This document shows positions 1-8,555 of a stretch of 32,000 nt of DNA, piece by piece (positions within the stretch are counted from its first letter, which is position 1; each line of letters opens with the position of its first letter). Under the pieces are notes generated by a model. The model saw only the letters and a list, made by a program, of their open reading frames with translations. It had not been told where the DNA came from and made no database searches. This stretch comes from Sinorhizobium meliloti (GTDB lineage Bacteria > Pseudomonadota > Alphaproteobacteria > Rhizobiales > Rhizobiaceae): assembly GCF_017876815.1 (NCBI RefSeq), contig NZ_JAGIOS010000001.1, positions 1,050,001-1,082,000 of the forward strand. Direction: 5' to 3'. The position numbers were made by a program, and so were the translations under genes.

Positions 1-252
1 GGCGAGGCGACATTCGAGCTGGCGCAGGCCTTCCACGACCTGCCGGGCGTGCGGCCGGTGGACCCGCTGCGCGACGATAAGAACATCGTTTGCCAGCAGG
101 TTTTCATCGACCGCTACGGTCCTTTCGAGTCGTCTCACGGCCGCCCGCGTTACGATACGACCTATCGCTGCCGCGAGGGCAGCGGACCGATCTTCCAAAG
201 CGGCGAACTGCCGCCGTCGCTGGAACGGCAGAAGCGCGGCCTCAACTATTGA
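1..252 (+). CDS. 3' end of a CDS that begins upstream of the window (product not recognised)
   Basis: Frame 1 is open from base 1 to TGA at 250-252 (GEATFELAQAFHDLPGVRPVDPL...RGLNY*). Third-position G/C bias matches neighbouring genes. Only 83 aa are visible and no family is recognised. Confidence 0.4.
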   Translation, partial: GEATFELAQAFHDLPGVRPVDPLRDDKNIVCQQVFIDRYGPFESSHGRPRYDTTYRCREGSGPIFQSGELPPSLERQKRGLNY

Positions 253-337
253 GGTCGAGCCAAGAAAAAAGCACGCTTGCATTGCACGCTCGGGAAAGAC
301 GAAACTACGCCCGGGACGGCACTGACTGGAGGAAACC

Positions 338-1384
338 ATGCCCGAAACCGACAGGCCGCGAACCGACAGGCCACTTGTCATCAGCGCGCCCGCGCCGCGT
401 ACGCTCGATCTGATCTTCACGCCCGACGCGCTCGAGCGTCTTCACCGGCGCTACCGCGTGATCGAAGCCGATCCGGAGAACATCGCCGGGCTCGGCTCCG
501 CCGTCCTCTCCGAGGCCCGCTATATCGTCGGACAGCCGCCGCTTTCCGCGGACACGCTCGAGCGCATGCCGCGGCTGCGGGCCGTTCTCAACGTCGAAAG
601 CAATCTCATCGACAACATGCCCTACGACGTGGTTTTCCGGCGCGGCATCCACGTGCTCACCACCGGCCAGGTCTTCGCCGAACCGGTGGCGGAGATGGGG
701 CTCGCCATGGCGCTCAACCTCGCCCGCGGCATCGTCGATGCGGATGTGGATTTCCGAGAGGGGCGCGAGCGTTGGGGCGGTGAGGGCAACAAGTCCGCCC
801 GGCTCCTCTCGGGCTCGGAGATCGGCATCATCGGCTTCGGCGATCTCGGCAAGGCGCTCAACCGCGTCCTTTCGGGATTTCGTGCGAAGATCCGCGTCCA
901 TGATCCCTGGCTGCCGGCCTCCGTTCTTCTCGACGCCGGCGTCGAACCGGCGTCGCTCGAGACGGTCCTCGCCGAGAGCGACTTCCTGTTTGTCGTCGCA
1001 GCGGTAACCAGCGACAATGAGGGCTTCCTCGGCGCCAAGGCCTTCGCGGCCATGCGTCCGGGCGCCGCCTTCATTCTCCTGAGCCGCGCCGGAGTCGTGG
1101 ATTTCGATGCATTGATCGCAGCCGTCGAAAGCGGCCATATCCGCGCGGCAAGCGACGTCTTCCCGGAGGAGCCCCTGCCCCTCGGACATCCTGTCCGCCG
1201 GCTACCCGGCTTCCTGCGCTCGGCGCACCGGGCCGGTGCGCTCGACATCGCCTTCAAGAGGATGGGCGAGATGGTGCTCGAGGATATGGAACTGATGGAC
1301 CGCAGCCTGCCGCCGATGCGCTGCAAGCGGGCGGAGCGGGAGACGGTGGCCCGAATGCGCTCAAAGCCCGTCACCGTCAACTGA
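338..1384 (+). CDS. D-isomer-specific 2-hydroxyacid dehydrogenase family protein (NAD-binding)
   Basis: 348-aa ORF with GGAGGA 5 nt upstream of the ATG. Rossmann motif GIIGFGDLGKAL. The downstream RxxxH-type region (FLRSAHRAG) is typical of the family. Confidence 0.85.
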   Translation: MPETDRPRTDRPLVISAPAPRTLDLIFTPDALERLHRRYRVIEADPENIAGLGSAVLSEARYIVGQPPLSADTLERMPRLRAVLNVESNLIDNMPYDVVFRRGIHVLTTGQVFAEPVAEMGLAMALNLARGIVDADVDFREGRERWGGEGNKSARLLSGSEIGIIGFGDLGKALNRVLSGFRAKIRVHDPWLPASVLLDAGVEPASLETVLAESDFLFVVAAVTSDNEGFLGAKAFAAMRPGAAFILLSRAGVVDFDALIAAVESGHIRAASDVFPEEPLPLGHPVRRLPGFLRSAHRAGALDIAFKRMGEMVLEDMELMDRSLPPMRCKRAERETVARMRSKPVTVN

Positions 1385-1477
1385 AGAGTGATGGGCAGCA
1401 CAACTGCCTTTATCCTGGCCGCGCGGCGCTGTAGCGCAGCTCGTACACGGCCGGTGGTGCTATGAAAATCCGGTGCA

Positions 1478-3475
1478 ATGCTGCAAAGATCGGAATCCGG
1501 ATTCAAGGACATCGAAAGCATGCAAGATTCCAACGCGGACAAGCCTTCCCGGACCTGGACCAGCTCACTGCGGTCGCTGCTCGGTCTCGTGATGGTTGCT
1601 ATGCTCATCGTCGTGTCCGCGACGCTGGTGGGGCTTGACTACCGCCGCGCACGCAGCGCTGCGATCGCCGGTGCCGAAGACAATATGGATGCCTTCGTCG
1701 GCCGCCTGGTCGATCGGCTCGGCGCCCTCTCCGGGGACACCTCCGCGCTCGTCAGCCTCGTCGCATCCGTCGCCAATTCCTTTCTCGTGCCTCCGCCGGA
1801 GCGCATGAACGACAAGGTGGCAGTGCTGCGCGAGGGCATCGCCCGCTCGCCGCACATCGACGGCGTCTATGTCGGTTATCCGAGCGGCGCATTCTTTCAT
1901 GTGGTCGATCTGGATTCGGCCGCCTGGCGCATGGCCCTGGACGCACCGCGGGGGGCGGCGATCGCCGTGCGCTCGATGGAGAGGAACGACCAGGGCAAGC
2001 CGTTCGACCGGATCCTGTTCCTGGACGCGAGCGGCCTGCAGTTTGCCGAACGTCACGCTGCCTCCAACGGCTTCGATCCGAGGACGCGGCCCTGGTACCG
2101 CGCGGCCGTCAACGGCAAGGCGCCGGTGGCCATCGGTCCCTATGAGATGGCCACCACAGGCAATCTCGGGATGACCATATCGCAAGCGCACCGCGGCAAC
2201 CCCCAAATCGTCATCGGCGCCGATGTCGTTCTCGATACGATCACGGATTTTCTGTCCCGCGAGCGGCTGACCGACGACTCGGTTTCCTTCGTGCTCGATG
2301 CGGTGGGACGACCGATCATCCACTCCGACTCCACCATGATGCGGCGCATCATGGCATCGAAGGGCCGGGACCGGCCGGTGGCCACGCCGCAGGAGGATGG
2401 ACTGATCGAGAGCATCCGGCGCAACCCGCCACCGGCCGGAAAGGCAACTCTCGTCGAAGTCGGAAACCGCACCTATCTCGTCACGGTGGCGCCGCTCGAA
2501 TCGGCATTGCTTCTGTCCGGGCACCGGGTGGTCGTCGCCGCCCCTCTCGACGAGCTGCTGGCGGCCGCAAACGAGACGCTCGTTCAGGGACTTGCCGTCT
2601 CGGGCGCCGTGGTGGTGGTCGCCGTTCTCCTGGCCCTCGTGCTTGCGCATCTGATCACGAAGTCGCTCAACCAGCTCACCGACAGCGCCAACCGCCTGCA
2701 GGACCTGGATTTCGCCACTCCTATCGACGTTTCGTCGCATGTGGCGGAAATCTCGACGCTCAACGGCGCAATGAACAGGGCTCGCGACGCGATCTTCACC
2801 TTCGCGCTCTATGTTCCGAAGGAGCTGGTGCGCAAGGGCATCGAATCCGGCCATTTCGGCGGCCGCGCCGCATGGCGGCAGGAGGTGACGGCGATGTTCA
2901 CCGACATCTACGACTTCACCACCATCAGCGAGGGCCGGTCGCCGGAAGAAGTGGTCGCGATGCTCTCGGAGTATTTCGACCTGTTCAGCGAGGTCGTCGC
3001 CGCCCACGACGGAACCATCATCCAATTCCATGGAGACTCGGTCTTTGCCATGTGGAACGCGCCGGTCGCCGATACCAGGCATGCCGAGCATGCCTGTCGA
3101 TGCGCACTCGCGGTCGAGGAGAGGCTCGAGGCCTTCAATTCTGCGCAACGCGCCAGCGGATTGCCGGAGTTCCGCACCCGCTTCGGCATCCACACCGGAA
3201 CGGCCGTCGTCGGCAGCGTCGGCGCCAAGGAACGGCTGCAATATACGGCGATGGGCGACACGGTGAACGTCGCCTCGCGGCTCGAGGGCATGAACAAGGA
3301 TTACGGCACGAGCGTTCTTGCAAGCGGCGCGGTGGTCGCCCAATGCAAAGACATGGTGAAGTTCCGCCCGCTCGGCACCGCCAAGGCAAAGGGCCGTTCG
3401 ACGGCGCTCGACATTTACGAAGTCGTGGGCGTCGTCCGCGCGGTGAACACTACCGAAGCCGGAACGGCCGCCTGA
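1478..3475 (+). CDS. Membrane-bound class III adenylate/guanylate cyclase with periplasmic Cache-like sensor and HAMP domain
   Basis: TM helix (LLGLVMVAMLIVVSATLVGL), ~300-aa extracytoplasmic region, second TM (AVSGAVVVVAVLLALVLAHLI), and a HAMP-like linker. C-terminal cyclase motifs: VTAMFTDIYDFTTISE, FHGDSVFAMWNAP, GIHTGTAVVGSVGAKERLQYTAMGDTVNVASRLEG. An alternative start at 1520 (MQDSN) has a better AAGGA. Confidence 0.88.
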   Translation: MLQRSESGFKDIESMQDSNADKPSRTWTSSLRSLLGLVMVAMLIVVSATLVGLDYRRARSAAIAGAEDNMDAFVGRLVDRLGALSGDTSALVSLVASVANSFLVPPPERMNDKVAVLREGIARSPHIDGVYVGYPSGAFFHVVDLDSAAWRMALDAPRGAAIAVRSMERNDQGKPFDRILFLDASGLQFAERHAASNGFDPRTRPWYRAAVNGKAPVAIGPYEMATTGNLGMTISQAHRGNPQIVIGADVVLDTITDFLSRERLTDDSVSFVLDAVGRPIIHSDSTMMRRIMASKGRDRPVATPQEDGLIESIRRNPPPAGKATLVEVGNRTYLVTVAPLESALLLSGHRVVVAAPLDELLAAANETLVQGLAVSGAVVVVAVLLALVLAHLITKSLNQLTDSANRLQDLDFATPIDVSSHVAEISTLNGAMNRARDAIFTFALYVPKELVRKGIESGHFGGRAAWRQEVTAMFTDIYDFTTISEGRSPEEVVAMLSEYFDLFSEVVAAHDGTIIQFHGDSVFAMWNAPVADTRHAEHACRCALAVEERLEAFNSAQRASGLPEFRTRFGIHTGTAVVGSVGAKERLQYTAMGDTVNVASRLEGMNKDYGTSVLASGAVVAQCKDMVKFRPLGTAKAKGRSTALDIYEVVGVVRAVNTTEAGTAA

Positions 3476-3534
3476 GGAAAGGCAGATGCCGCGGCGAACG
3501 GCGGCCCCGCTGAATTCGCTTCGAAACTCTGAAA

Positions 3535-3566
3535 GCAAAAAAGCCCGGAAACCCGGGCTTTTTTTG
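3535..3566. terminator. Bidirectional rho-independent terminator between the cyclase gene and tRNA-Leu
   Basis: 8-bp stem aagcccgg(3541-3548)/ccgggctt(3553-3560) with a 4-nt loop, flanked by an A-run upstream and a T-run (3559-3565) downstream. It can therefore terminate transcription from either strand. Confidence 0.6.
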
Positions 3567-3602
3567 ACTTCCGAACCGCAAAAGCGGTTCCTGAAAATGG
3601 AA

Positions 3603-3689
3603 TGGTGCCCAGAAGAGGACTCGAACCTCCACACCCTTTCGAGTACCAGCACCTGAAGCTGGCGCGTCTACCAATTCCGCCATCTGGGC
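3603..3689 (-). tRNA. tRNA-Leu (anticodon CAG)
   Basis: The reverse complement folds as a type II tRNA: acceptor GCCCAGA/TCTGGGC, anticodon stem CCAGC/GCTGG with loop TTCAGGT (CAG), long variable arm, T-loop GGTTCGAGTCC, and encoded CCA. Length 87 nt. Confidence 0.93.
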
Positions 3690-3699
3690 GACGGACCGG

Positions 3700-3728
3700 C
3701 ATGTAAAAGGCCGTGACCGAAGTGTCAA
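3700..3728 (-). promoter_or_regulatory. Putative sigma70-type promoter of tRNA-Leu
   Basis: On the minus strand: TTGACA (3728-3723), 17 nt spacer, TACATG (3705-3700), ending about 10 nt before the tRNA 5' end. Confidence 0.35.
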
Positions 3729-4080
3729 CAGGCATTTTGAAGTTTTCGTCTCGCATCGCGAAAAAGCGCGGTAAAGCGCGGCCGGGTCCACGATGATAGG
3801 GCAAGAATTCCAGTGACATGAGAGCCGGAGAGGCGCATTCTAGAGCAACGGCGAATGGGCGGAATCCGGAACGCCCGCGTCGATACGTGGAGCACGCGCC
3901 CACGAATAGGCATGCGACACCAAACGTCTGCTGCATGTTTCGTTGGTCGGCCGATCACCGCCAAAAAATGCAGCAACTTGAAGAGTTACAGCGGCCTTTG
4001 CGCGTCTGATAAGTCGCGCGGCGCTGAAAGGAGCAGGGACAAAAACCGGAAAGCAACGGCTTTCGGAAAGTGAGGAGAAA

Positions 4081-4608
4081 ATGACGAAATTTCGGAATTT
4101 CGTTGTCAGCTGCGCACTCGCCGCCGCCTCCGCGGTTCCCCCTGTAACGTCCGTTCAGGCCATGCCGCGCCCGGCGCTCGACATTGCGATCAAAGCGCCG
4201 GCCGGCGTCGAGAATGCCACGCATCGCGGCCGTTACGGGTGGCGCGGCGGCTATTCTCGCCGCGGCTATTATGGAGGATCCGGCTTCTATCCGGGCTGGA
4301 GCCCCTATTACAGGCGGTCCGGGATCAGCTTCTATTTCGGACCCAGCTACCGTTACCGCCCGTATTACGGGAACCGCTATTATTACGGACCGCGCTTTTA
4401 TGGCCCCGGCTATTACAGCTATCCCGGGCCCGCATATTACGGTTATCGCTCCTATAGGCCACGCTACTATGGCGGCGGCTACGTCCGGAGCGGCGGCAAC
4501 AGCCATGTCAGCTGGTGCCTGTCGCGCTATCGGTCCTATAACCCTGCCTCCAACCGCTACCTGACCTATGGCGGGGTCTACCGGGTCTGCTACTCGCCCT
4601 ATCGTTAG
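4081..4608 (+). CDS. BA14K family (lectin-like) secreted protein with Tyr/Gly/Arg-rich central region
   Basis: GAGGAG RBS. Signal peptide MTKFRNFVVSCALAAASAVPPVTSVQA. C-terminal BA14K signature HVSWCLSRYRSYNPASNRYLTYGGVYRVCYSPY. Confidence 0.85.
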   Translation: MTKFRNFVVSCALAAASAVPPVTSVQAMPRPALDIAIKAPAGVENATHRGRYGWRGGYSRRGYYGGSGFYPGWSPYYRRSGISFYFGPSYRYRPYYGNRYYYGPRFYGPGYYSYPGPAYYGYRSYRPRYYGGGYVRSGGNSHVSWCLSRYRSYNPASNRYLTYGGVYRVCYSPYR

Positions 4609-4671
4609 GGGAGCGTACCCTTGGATTCATCGAGTCCGCGCGTTCCCTCAAACGCGCGGCGCTCCCGTCAG

Positions 4672-5025
4672 TCAGCGCTTCCTGACGATCCCGACGCGCG
4701 CCATGACTTCCTTCGGAATGCCGTAGCGGCGCACGGCATCGCGGCTGTCGCGAAGGCCGCAGATCTCGCGCTGGATGAGGAAGGCCCAAACCGCGTCGGC
4801 CGCCTCGTCGAGCAGTCGCTCGCGTTCGGAAGGCGGGTGCCTGTTGCTGTTGAAGGCATTCAGGGCGGCAATTGCCTTCTCGACCTTCAGGCCGTTGCGC
4901 CCCAGCGCGTCGGCGCGCTCGGCCATCAGCTCGTATTCGAGGACGTTCACCCCGTTACCGGTGAGACCGAAACTGCGCAGCGATTGCGGCGGGCGAAATG
5001 TCATCGGCGGCTCCATCAAGCTCAT
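4672..5025 (-). CDS. Conserved hypothetical protein (about 110-117 aa)
   Basis: The ORF has coding-like composition and is divergent from the 5144 gene. Three in-frame ATGs (5025, 5016, 5004); the one at 5004 has GGAG 7 nt upstream. No family name recalled with confidence. Confidence 0.55.
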   Translation of the reverse strand: MSLMEPPMTFRPPQSLRSFGLTGNGVNVLEYELMAERADALGRNGLKVEKAIAALNAFNSNRHPPSERERLLDEAADAVWAFLIQREICGLRDSRDAVRRYGIPKEVMARVGIVRKR

Positions 5026-5143
5026 GCCAGGATGGGCCGTGAATGAGCTTCCCGCAAGGGGGCGGCGCGACGACTGCCGCGTGGCGCAAAGTCGTCGTCA
5101 TGGTTAACACTCCCTAAACCCGTTTGACCTAAGCTTGCGGATC

Positions 5144-6724
5144 ATGCCCGATCTGCCCGCCTTCATCGCCATCAGGACAGCCGTCGGATCTGCTGAGGAG
5201 ACGACGCAGGGCCTGCGCCGCTCGCTGCCGGCGGCGGAGCGTAGCGAGGCGATCCGGAAGATCGTCGATGCGCTGTCCCGCCATCTCTCCGGCAAGGAGG
5301 TCCTATCCAAGGACGCACTGGTGAAGCTGGTAGAAGACCTGGCGCTCATCCTCAAATTTCCACCCCTGCCGCAGGAGACCGGACGCGCCTTCATTCGGCG
5401 GTTGACCGGCTTCATCGAGGCATTGCCAATGCCGGAACGCCTGCTTCTGGAGAAGCAATTGGCCACCCGCAGCCTCGTGCAGCGCGTCGCCGTTGCGGCG
5501 ACGATCGCGGGAGACCGCCGGGGCGCGGTGCCGCCTGATCGAACCCCGCTCCGCAGCCTGCCCCTGCCGGCACAGGTCCCGCCAGTGCTCCCGGGCGCCA
5601 AAAGACCCGTGCCGAGCGATCTCGCGCTGCTTCAAGCGATGCTCAAGAAGACCTACGGCGCCGATATGGAGGACGTGCGGATCGAGACGACACCCAAGGG
5701 CGCGGCAATCGAAGCGGCGCAGGAGGAGGCTCCAGCCGGGCCGCAACGTTCGCCGAAGGCGCCCACGAACGCTCCTGCAGCGCCGCGAGGTGCGGAGATT
5801 GCAGCGAGAGATGCTTCGGCAAGCCCGCTTGAGGGGGAAATGGCGGAGATGGCGGATACGGCGGCGATGACGCCGGAAGGCTCCGATGAGCAGCTCCCGG
5901 ATAGCGAAGCGGATTTGGCGGAACCATCGGCGCCGCGCCGCAGTCAGGCGGCGGGCCTGAACGGGAGTGCGCTCGCCCTGCCGAAAGATGCAAAACCTGC
6001 GACAGCCGAGGGCAAAGCTGCAGTCGCGGAAGCCGGCGCTGAAAGCCTCCCTGACGGCGAAGGCCCGGAGGGCACCGACGGCCCCTCGCGCTCCGCGAGG
6101 GAGGACGATAGACCACGAGTGCGGACGCAAAGTGCCGCGCGCATGGCGCAACCGCCGGCGGAGGCCTTGAGAGCGGTCATACGCGACAGTCTTGCGCTGC
6201 CGGGGACGAGCAAGAGCTGGCAACCTCGCGACATGGAAGACGCAGGACCGGCCGCGCCCCTGCTGCCGCCGGAGAACGAGGCGCCGGCGCGGCCACGGGA
6301 GACCGCCGGCGCGGTCAGAAGCGCAGCCGCCGCCAGCGAACCGCCGGTGGACGCCGCGTCCGACACAGGAACCGATGCATCTCTCCCCGACCTGCCCCCT
6401 CCTCAGGCAGAGCGCCGGACCGGCGAGGACGCGATGGCGTCGCAGGGCCTCGCGCGGGTGCCGGAAAGCGGACTTCCGCGGGAAATGTTTCCCTTCGCGC
6501 TGGTTCCCTACCCGCCGGCAGAAGAAAGCGATGCCGACGAGGTGGACCGGCGTAAGCGGGAAAGCGAGGGCGAGCCGGAAAAAGACGCCAGGGATGACGA
6601 GGGAGAACGGGAAAGCGACGACCAGCAGCAGGGACATGCGGCCGGCGGCGAACAGGATCGGGCCGAAGATCGACCGGCAGCCGACGCCTATGACCTCTAC
6701 CGAAAGCTCGGTGGCCTGGCCTAG
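5144..6724 (+). CDS. Hypothetical protein: structured N-terminal ~130 aa followed by a long Pro/Ala/Glu/Asp-rich low-complexity tail
   Basis: 526-aa ORF from ATG 5144 (the track start at 5135 is TTG), with GC3-biased codons throughout. The stop codon TAG (6722-6724) lies inside the first 4 bp of the IS701-family terminal repeat. Confidence 0.6.
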   Translation: MPDLPAFIAIRTAVGSAEETTQGLRRSLPAAERSEAIRKIVDALSRHLSGKEVLSKDALVKLVEDLALILKFPPLPQETGRAFIRRLTGFIEALPMPERLLLEKQLATRSLVQRVAVAATIAGDRRGAVPPDRTPLRSLPLPAQVPPVLPGAKRPVPSDLALLQAMLKKTYGADMEDVRIETTPKGAAIEAAQEEAPAGPQRSPKAPTNAPAAPRGAEIAARDASASPLEGEMAEMADTAAMTPEGSDEQLPDSEADLAEPSAPRRSQAAGLNGSALALPKDAKPATAEGKAAVAEAGAESLPDGEGPEGTDGPSRSAREDDRPRVRTQSAARMAQPPAEALRAVIRDSLALPGTSKSWQPRDMEDAGPAAPLLPPENEAPARPRETAGAVRSAAAASEPPVDAASDTGTDASLPDLPPPQAERRTGEDAMASQGLARVPESGLPREMFPFALVPYPPAEESDADEVDRRKRESEGEPEKDARDDEGERESDDQQQGHAAGGEQDRAEDRPAADAYDLYRKLGGLA

Positions 6725-8142
6725 CACTACAGTTGCATATTTATCTATGATCTGAATCTATGGGTCTCCATGATTCGGAGGTCATGGATGGCAGGTGCAT
6801 CAATCGAGACGACGCTTGAGCTTTGGGCATCATCGTTGCGCGACGTGAAGGCTCGCATGCGCGGACTGTTTACGCAGGAGCGAGTTGCAGCCTCTGCGAA
6901 CCTTTTCCTGGACGGCTTGCTGGGTGACGAGCGGCGTAAGACAGGTTGGATGCGTGCTGAGGCGGCCGGTGATCCCGGCCCGTGGCGGCAACAAGCCATT
7001 CTGGGGCGCGGGCGCTGGGACGCGGACGCACTTCGCGACATCGTGCGAGAGTATGTCGTAGAAAACCTCGCCACGGATGATGCGGTCCTGGTCATCGATG
7101 AGACGGGCTTCCTCAAGCAGGGCAAGACATCGTGCGGTGTTGCACGTCAATATACAGGTTCGGCTGGCAAGATAACGAACTGCCAGATCGGTGTGTTCGC
7201 CGCCTATGTGTCCGATCGCGGCCATGCCTTTATCGATCGAGCCCTGTACTTGCCCAAGAGCTGGACTGGCGATCCGGCAAGGCTTGCAGCAGCTCATGTT
7301 CCTCAGGCTACAGCCTTCGCTACCAAGCCAGGCCTGGCTGTCGAGATGATACGGCGTGCGCTGGCAGCCAATGTGCCGTTTTCATGGGTGGCCGCAGATG
7401 CGGTCTATGGCGTCGGGGACATCGAAGGAACCCTGCGCCGAGCCTGCAAAGGCTACGTTCTTGGGGTTAAATCGGACCACCATTTCGGCTCGTGGTCGGG
7501 AAAGCCTCCGGTCGCCGGCACAGCGCAGGAGATCGCCCGTGATCTCGATCCAAGTGCATGGCAGCGTCTTTCCGCCGGTGAGGGCACCAAAGGCGCTCGG
7601 CTTCATGACTGGGCCTATTGCGAACTCGCCGACCTCGATGCCGACGAATACAACGAGACGAAATCTGGGCTTTGGACCCGTGGCCTCCTGATCCGGCGCA
7701 ATATCAGCGACGGTGATCTCGCATTCTTCACCACATGGTGCCCGGCCGGGACGGGCATCCAGACGCTCGTTTCCGTTGAAGGCCATCGCTGGGCGATCGA
7801 AGACAGCTTCGAGACCGCCAAGAACGAGCTCGGACTCGATCACAACGAAACCCGGTCATGGCATGGCTGGCATCGCCACGTCTCCCTCGTCATGCTCGCC
7901 TTCGCCATGATGGCGGTGATCCGATACCGCGCCAATGACGCGACGCCCCAAAAAAGACTGCGGATGCCGACCATCAGGATTTAATCCGCTGGTCTATCCA
8001 GGAAGTCCGACGCATCGCCATAAGACTCGCTCAGCGTCGCATAAGCCCCGCCTACGTCATCGCATGGTCATGCTGGAGGCGCGCCCATCAGGCGGCCGCT
8101 CGACGAGCTCACCTCAAAACTAAAATGCAACTGTAGTGCTAG
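6721..8142 (+). mobile_element. IS701-family insertion sequence (1422 bp)
   Basis: Perfect 18-bp terminal inverted repeats: ctagcactacagttgcat (6721-6738) and atgcaactgtagtgctag (8125-8142). They enclose a single DDE transposase ORF. The outermost CTAG could instead be a 4-bp target duplication. Confidence 0.85.
6788..7984 (+). CDS. IS701-family DDE transposase
   Basis: Motifs VLVIDETGFLKQGKTSCGVARQYTGSAGKITNCQIGVF and HRWAIEDSFETAKNELGLDHNETRSWHGWHRHVSLVMLAF. GGAGG lies 6 nt before the ATG at 6788; the track start at 6770 is also in frame. Confidence 0.9.
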   Translation: MAGASIETTLELWASSLRDVKARMRGLFTQERVAASANLFLDGLLGDERRKTGWMRAEAAGDPGPWRQQAILGRGRWDADALRDIVREYVVENLATDDAVLVIDETGFLKQGKTSCGVARQYTGSAGKITNCQIGVFAAYVSDRGHAFIDRALYLPKSWTGDPARLAAAHVPQATAFATKPGLAVEMIRRALAANVPFSWVAADAVYGVGDIEGTLRRACKGYVLGVKSDHHFGSWSGKPPVAGTAQEIARDLDPSAWQRLSAGEGTKGARLHDWAYCELADLDADEYNETKSGLWTRGLLIRRNISDGDLAFFTTWCPAGTGIQTLVSVEGHRWAIEDSFETAKNELGLDHNETRSWHGWHRHVSLVMLAFAMMAVIRYRANDATPQKRLRMPTIRI

Positions 8143-8280
8143 TCTGGGGTTTATGACGGCTGCTGCGAGATGGATGATGGCGTTGAAGCTCCGGTCGGTT
8201 TTGCCGGCACGCATGGCTCGATACGCTTGAATTCCTTGAGTACCGACTGCGCGGCCTAGGAACGTATTGGAGGACTGCAA
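8143..8280 (-). pseudogene. Possible remnant of the C-terminus of an IS5-family transposase
   Basis: The minus-strand translation ...GIQAYRAMRAGKTDRSFNAIIHLAAAVINPR resembles the conserved (F/Y)R.IATRYDK....F.A.IHLAAA.I tail of IS5/IS427-group transposases. There is no intact ORF, and the fragment abuts the IS701 right end. Confidence 0.3.
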
Positions 8281-8291
8281 TCTCTCCTCCT

Positions 8292-8409
8292 CCTCATCTC
8301 TGTGCTTGTCACAGAGATCCAGCAGCGCCGCGTCTGCGGCGCGGAGAAATGTTCTTTCAGACCAAGGACTTGGTCTGGCTGGATCCCTGTGACGAGCACA
8401 GGGATGAGG
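8292..8409. repeat. 118-bp nested palindromic mosaic element (RIME/MITE-like)
   Basis: 32-bp terminal inverted repeats (8292-8323 and 8378-8409, 29/32 identical). Each arm is itself a 9-bp-stem hairpin (atcYctgtg...cacagRgat). Two further perfect hairpins lie inside, at 8325-8342 and 8358-8377. Confidence 0.6.
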
Positions 8410-8500
8410 AGATCAAGCCAGCCGCGGCGGCTATCCCGAATCTCGACAGGCCTTGGAGCACTTTCAGGAAAAGTGCGGAACGGTTTTCGCCCTGCCCACG

Positions 8501-8533
8501 AAAAAGCCCGCGGAGATCGCTCTCCGCGGGCTT
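8501..8533 (-). terminator. Rho-independent terminator of rpsA
   Basis: On the minus strand: 12-bp stem agcccgcggaga/tctccgcgggct with a 4-nt loop, followed by TTTTT (complement of 8501-8505), 23 nt after the rpsA stop. Confidence 0.7.
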
Positions 8534-8555
8534 ATCATTTCAAGTCCGTCAACGA

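Noticed and set aside
1565-3652. 695-aa ORF on the minus strand
   Set aside because: It is antisense to the cyclase gene and runs through the tRNA-Leu and the terminator. The plus-strand product has clear cyclase motifs.
3955-4564. Alternative-frame ORFs across the BA14K gene (3955-4506 minus, 4184-4564 plus)
   Set aside because: The 4081-4608 frame has a signal peptide, an RBS and the BA14K C-terminal signature. The other frames are by-products of the repetitive GC-rich sequence.
5303-6727. 474-aa minus-strand ORF opposite the low-complexity protein
   Set aside because: The product is extremely Arg-rich. The plus-strand frame has better third-position G/C bias and a plausible structured N-terminus. 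Some uncertainty remains.
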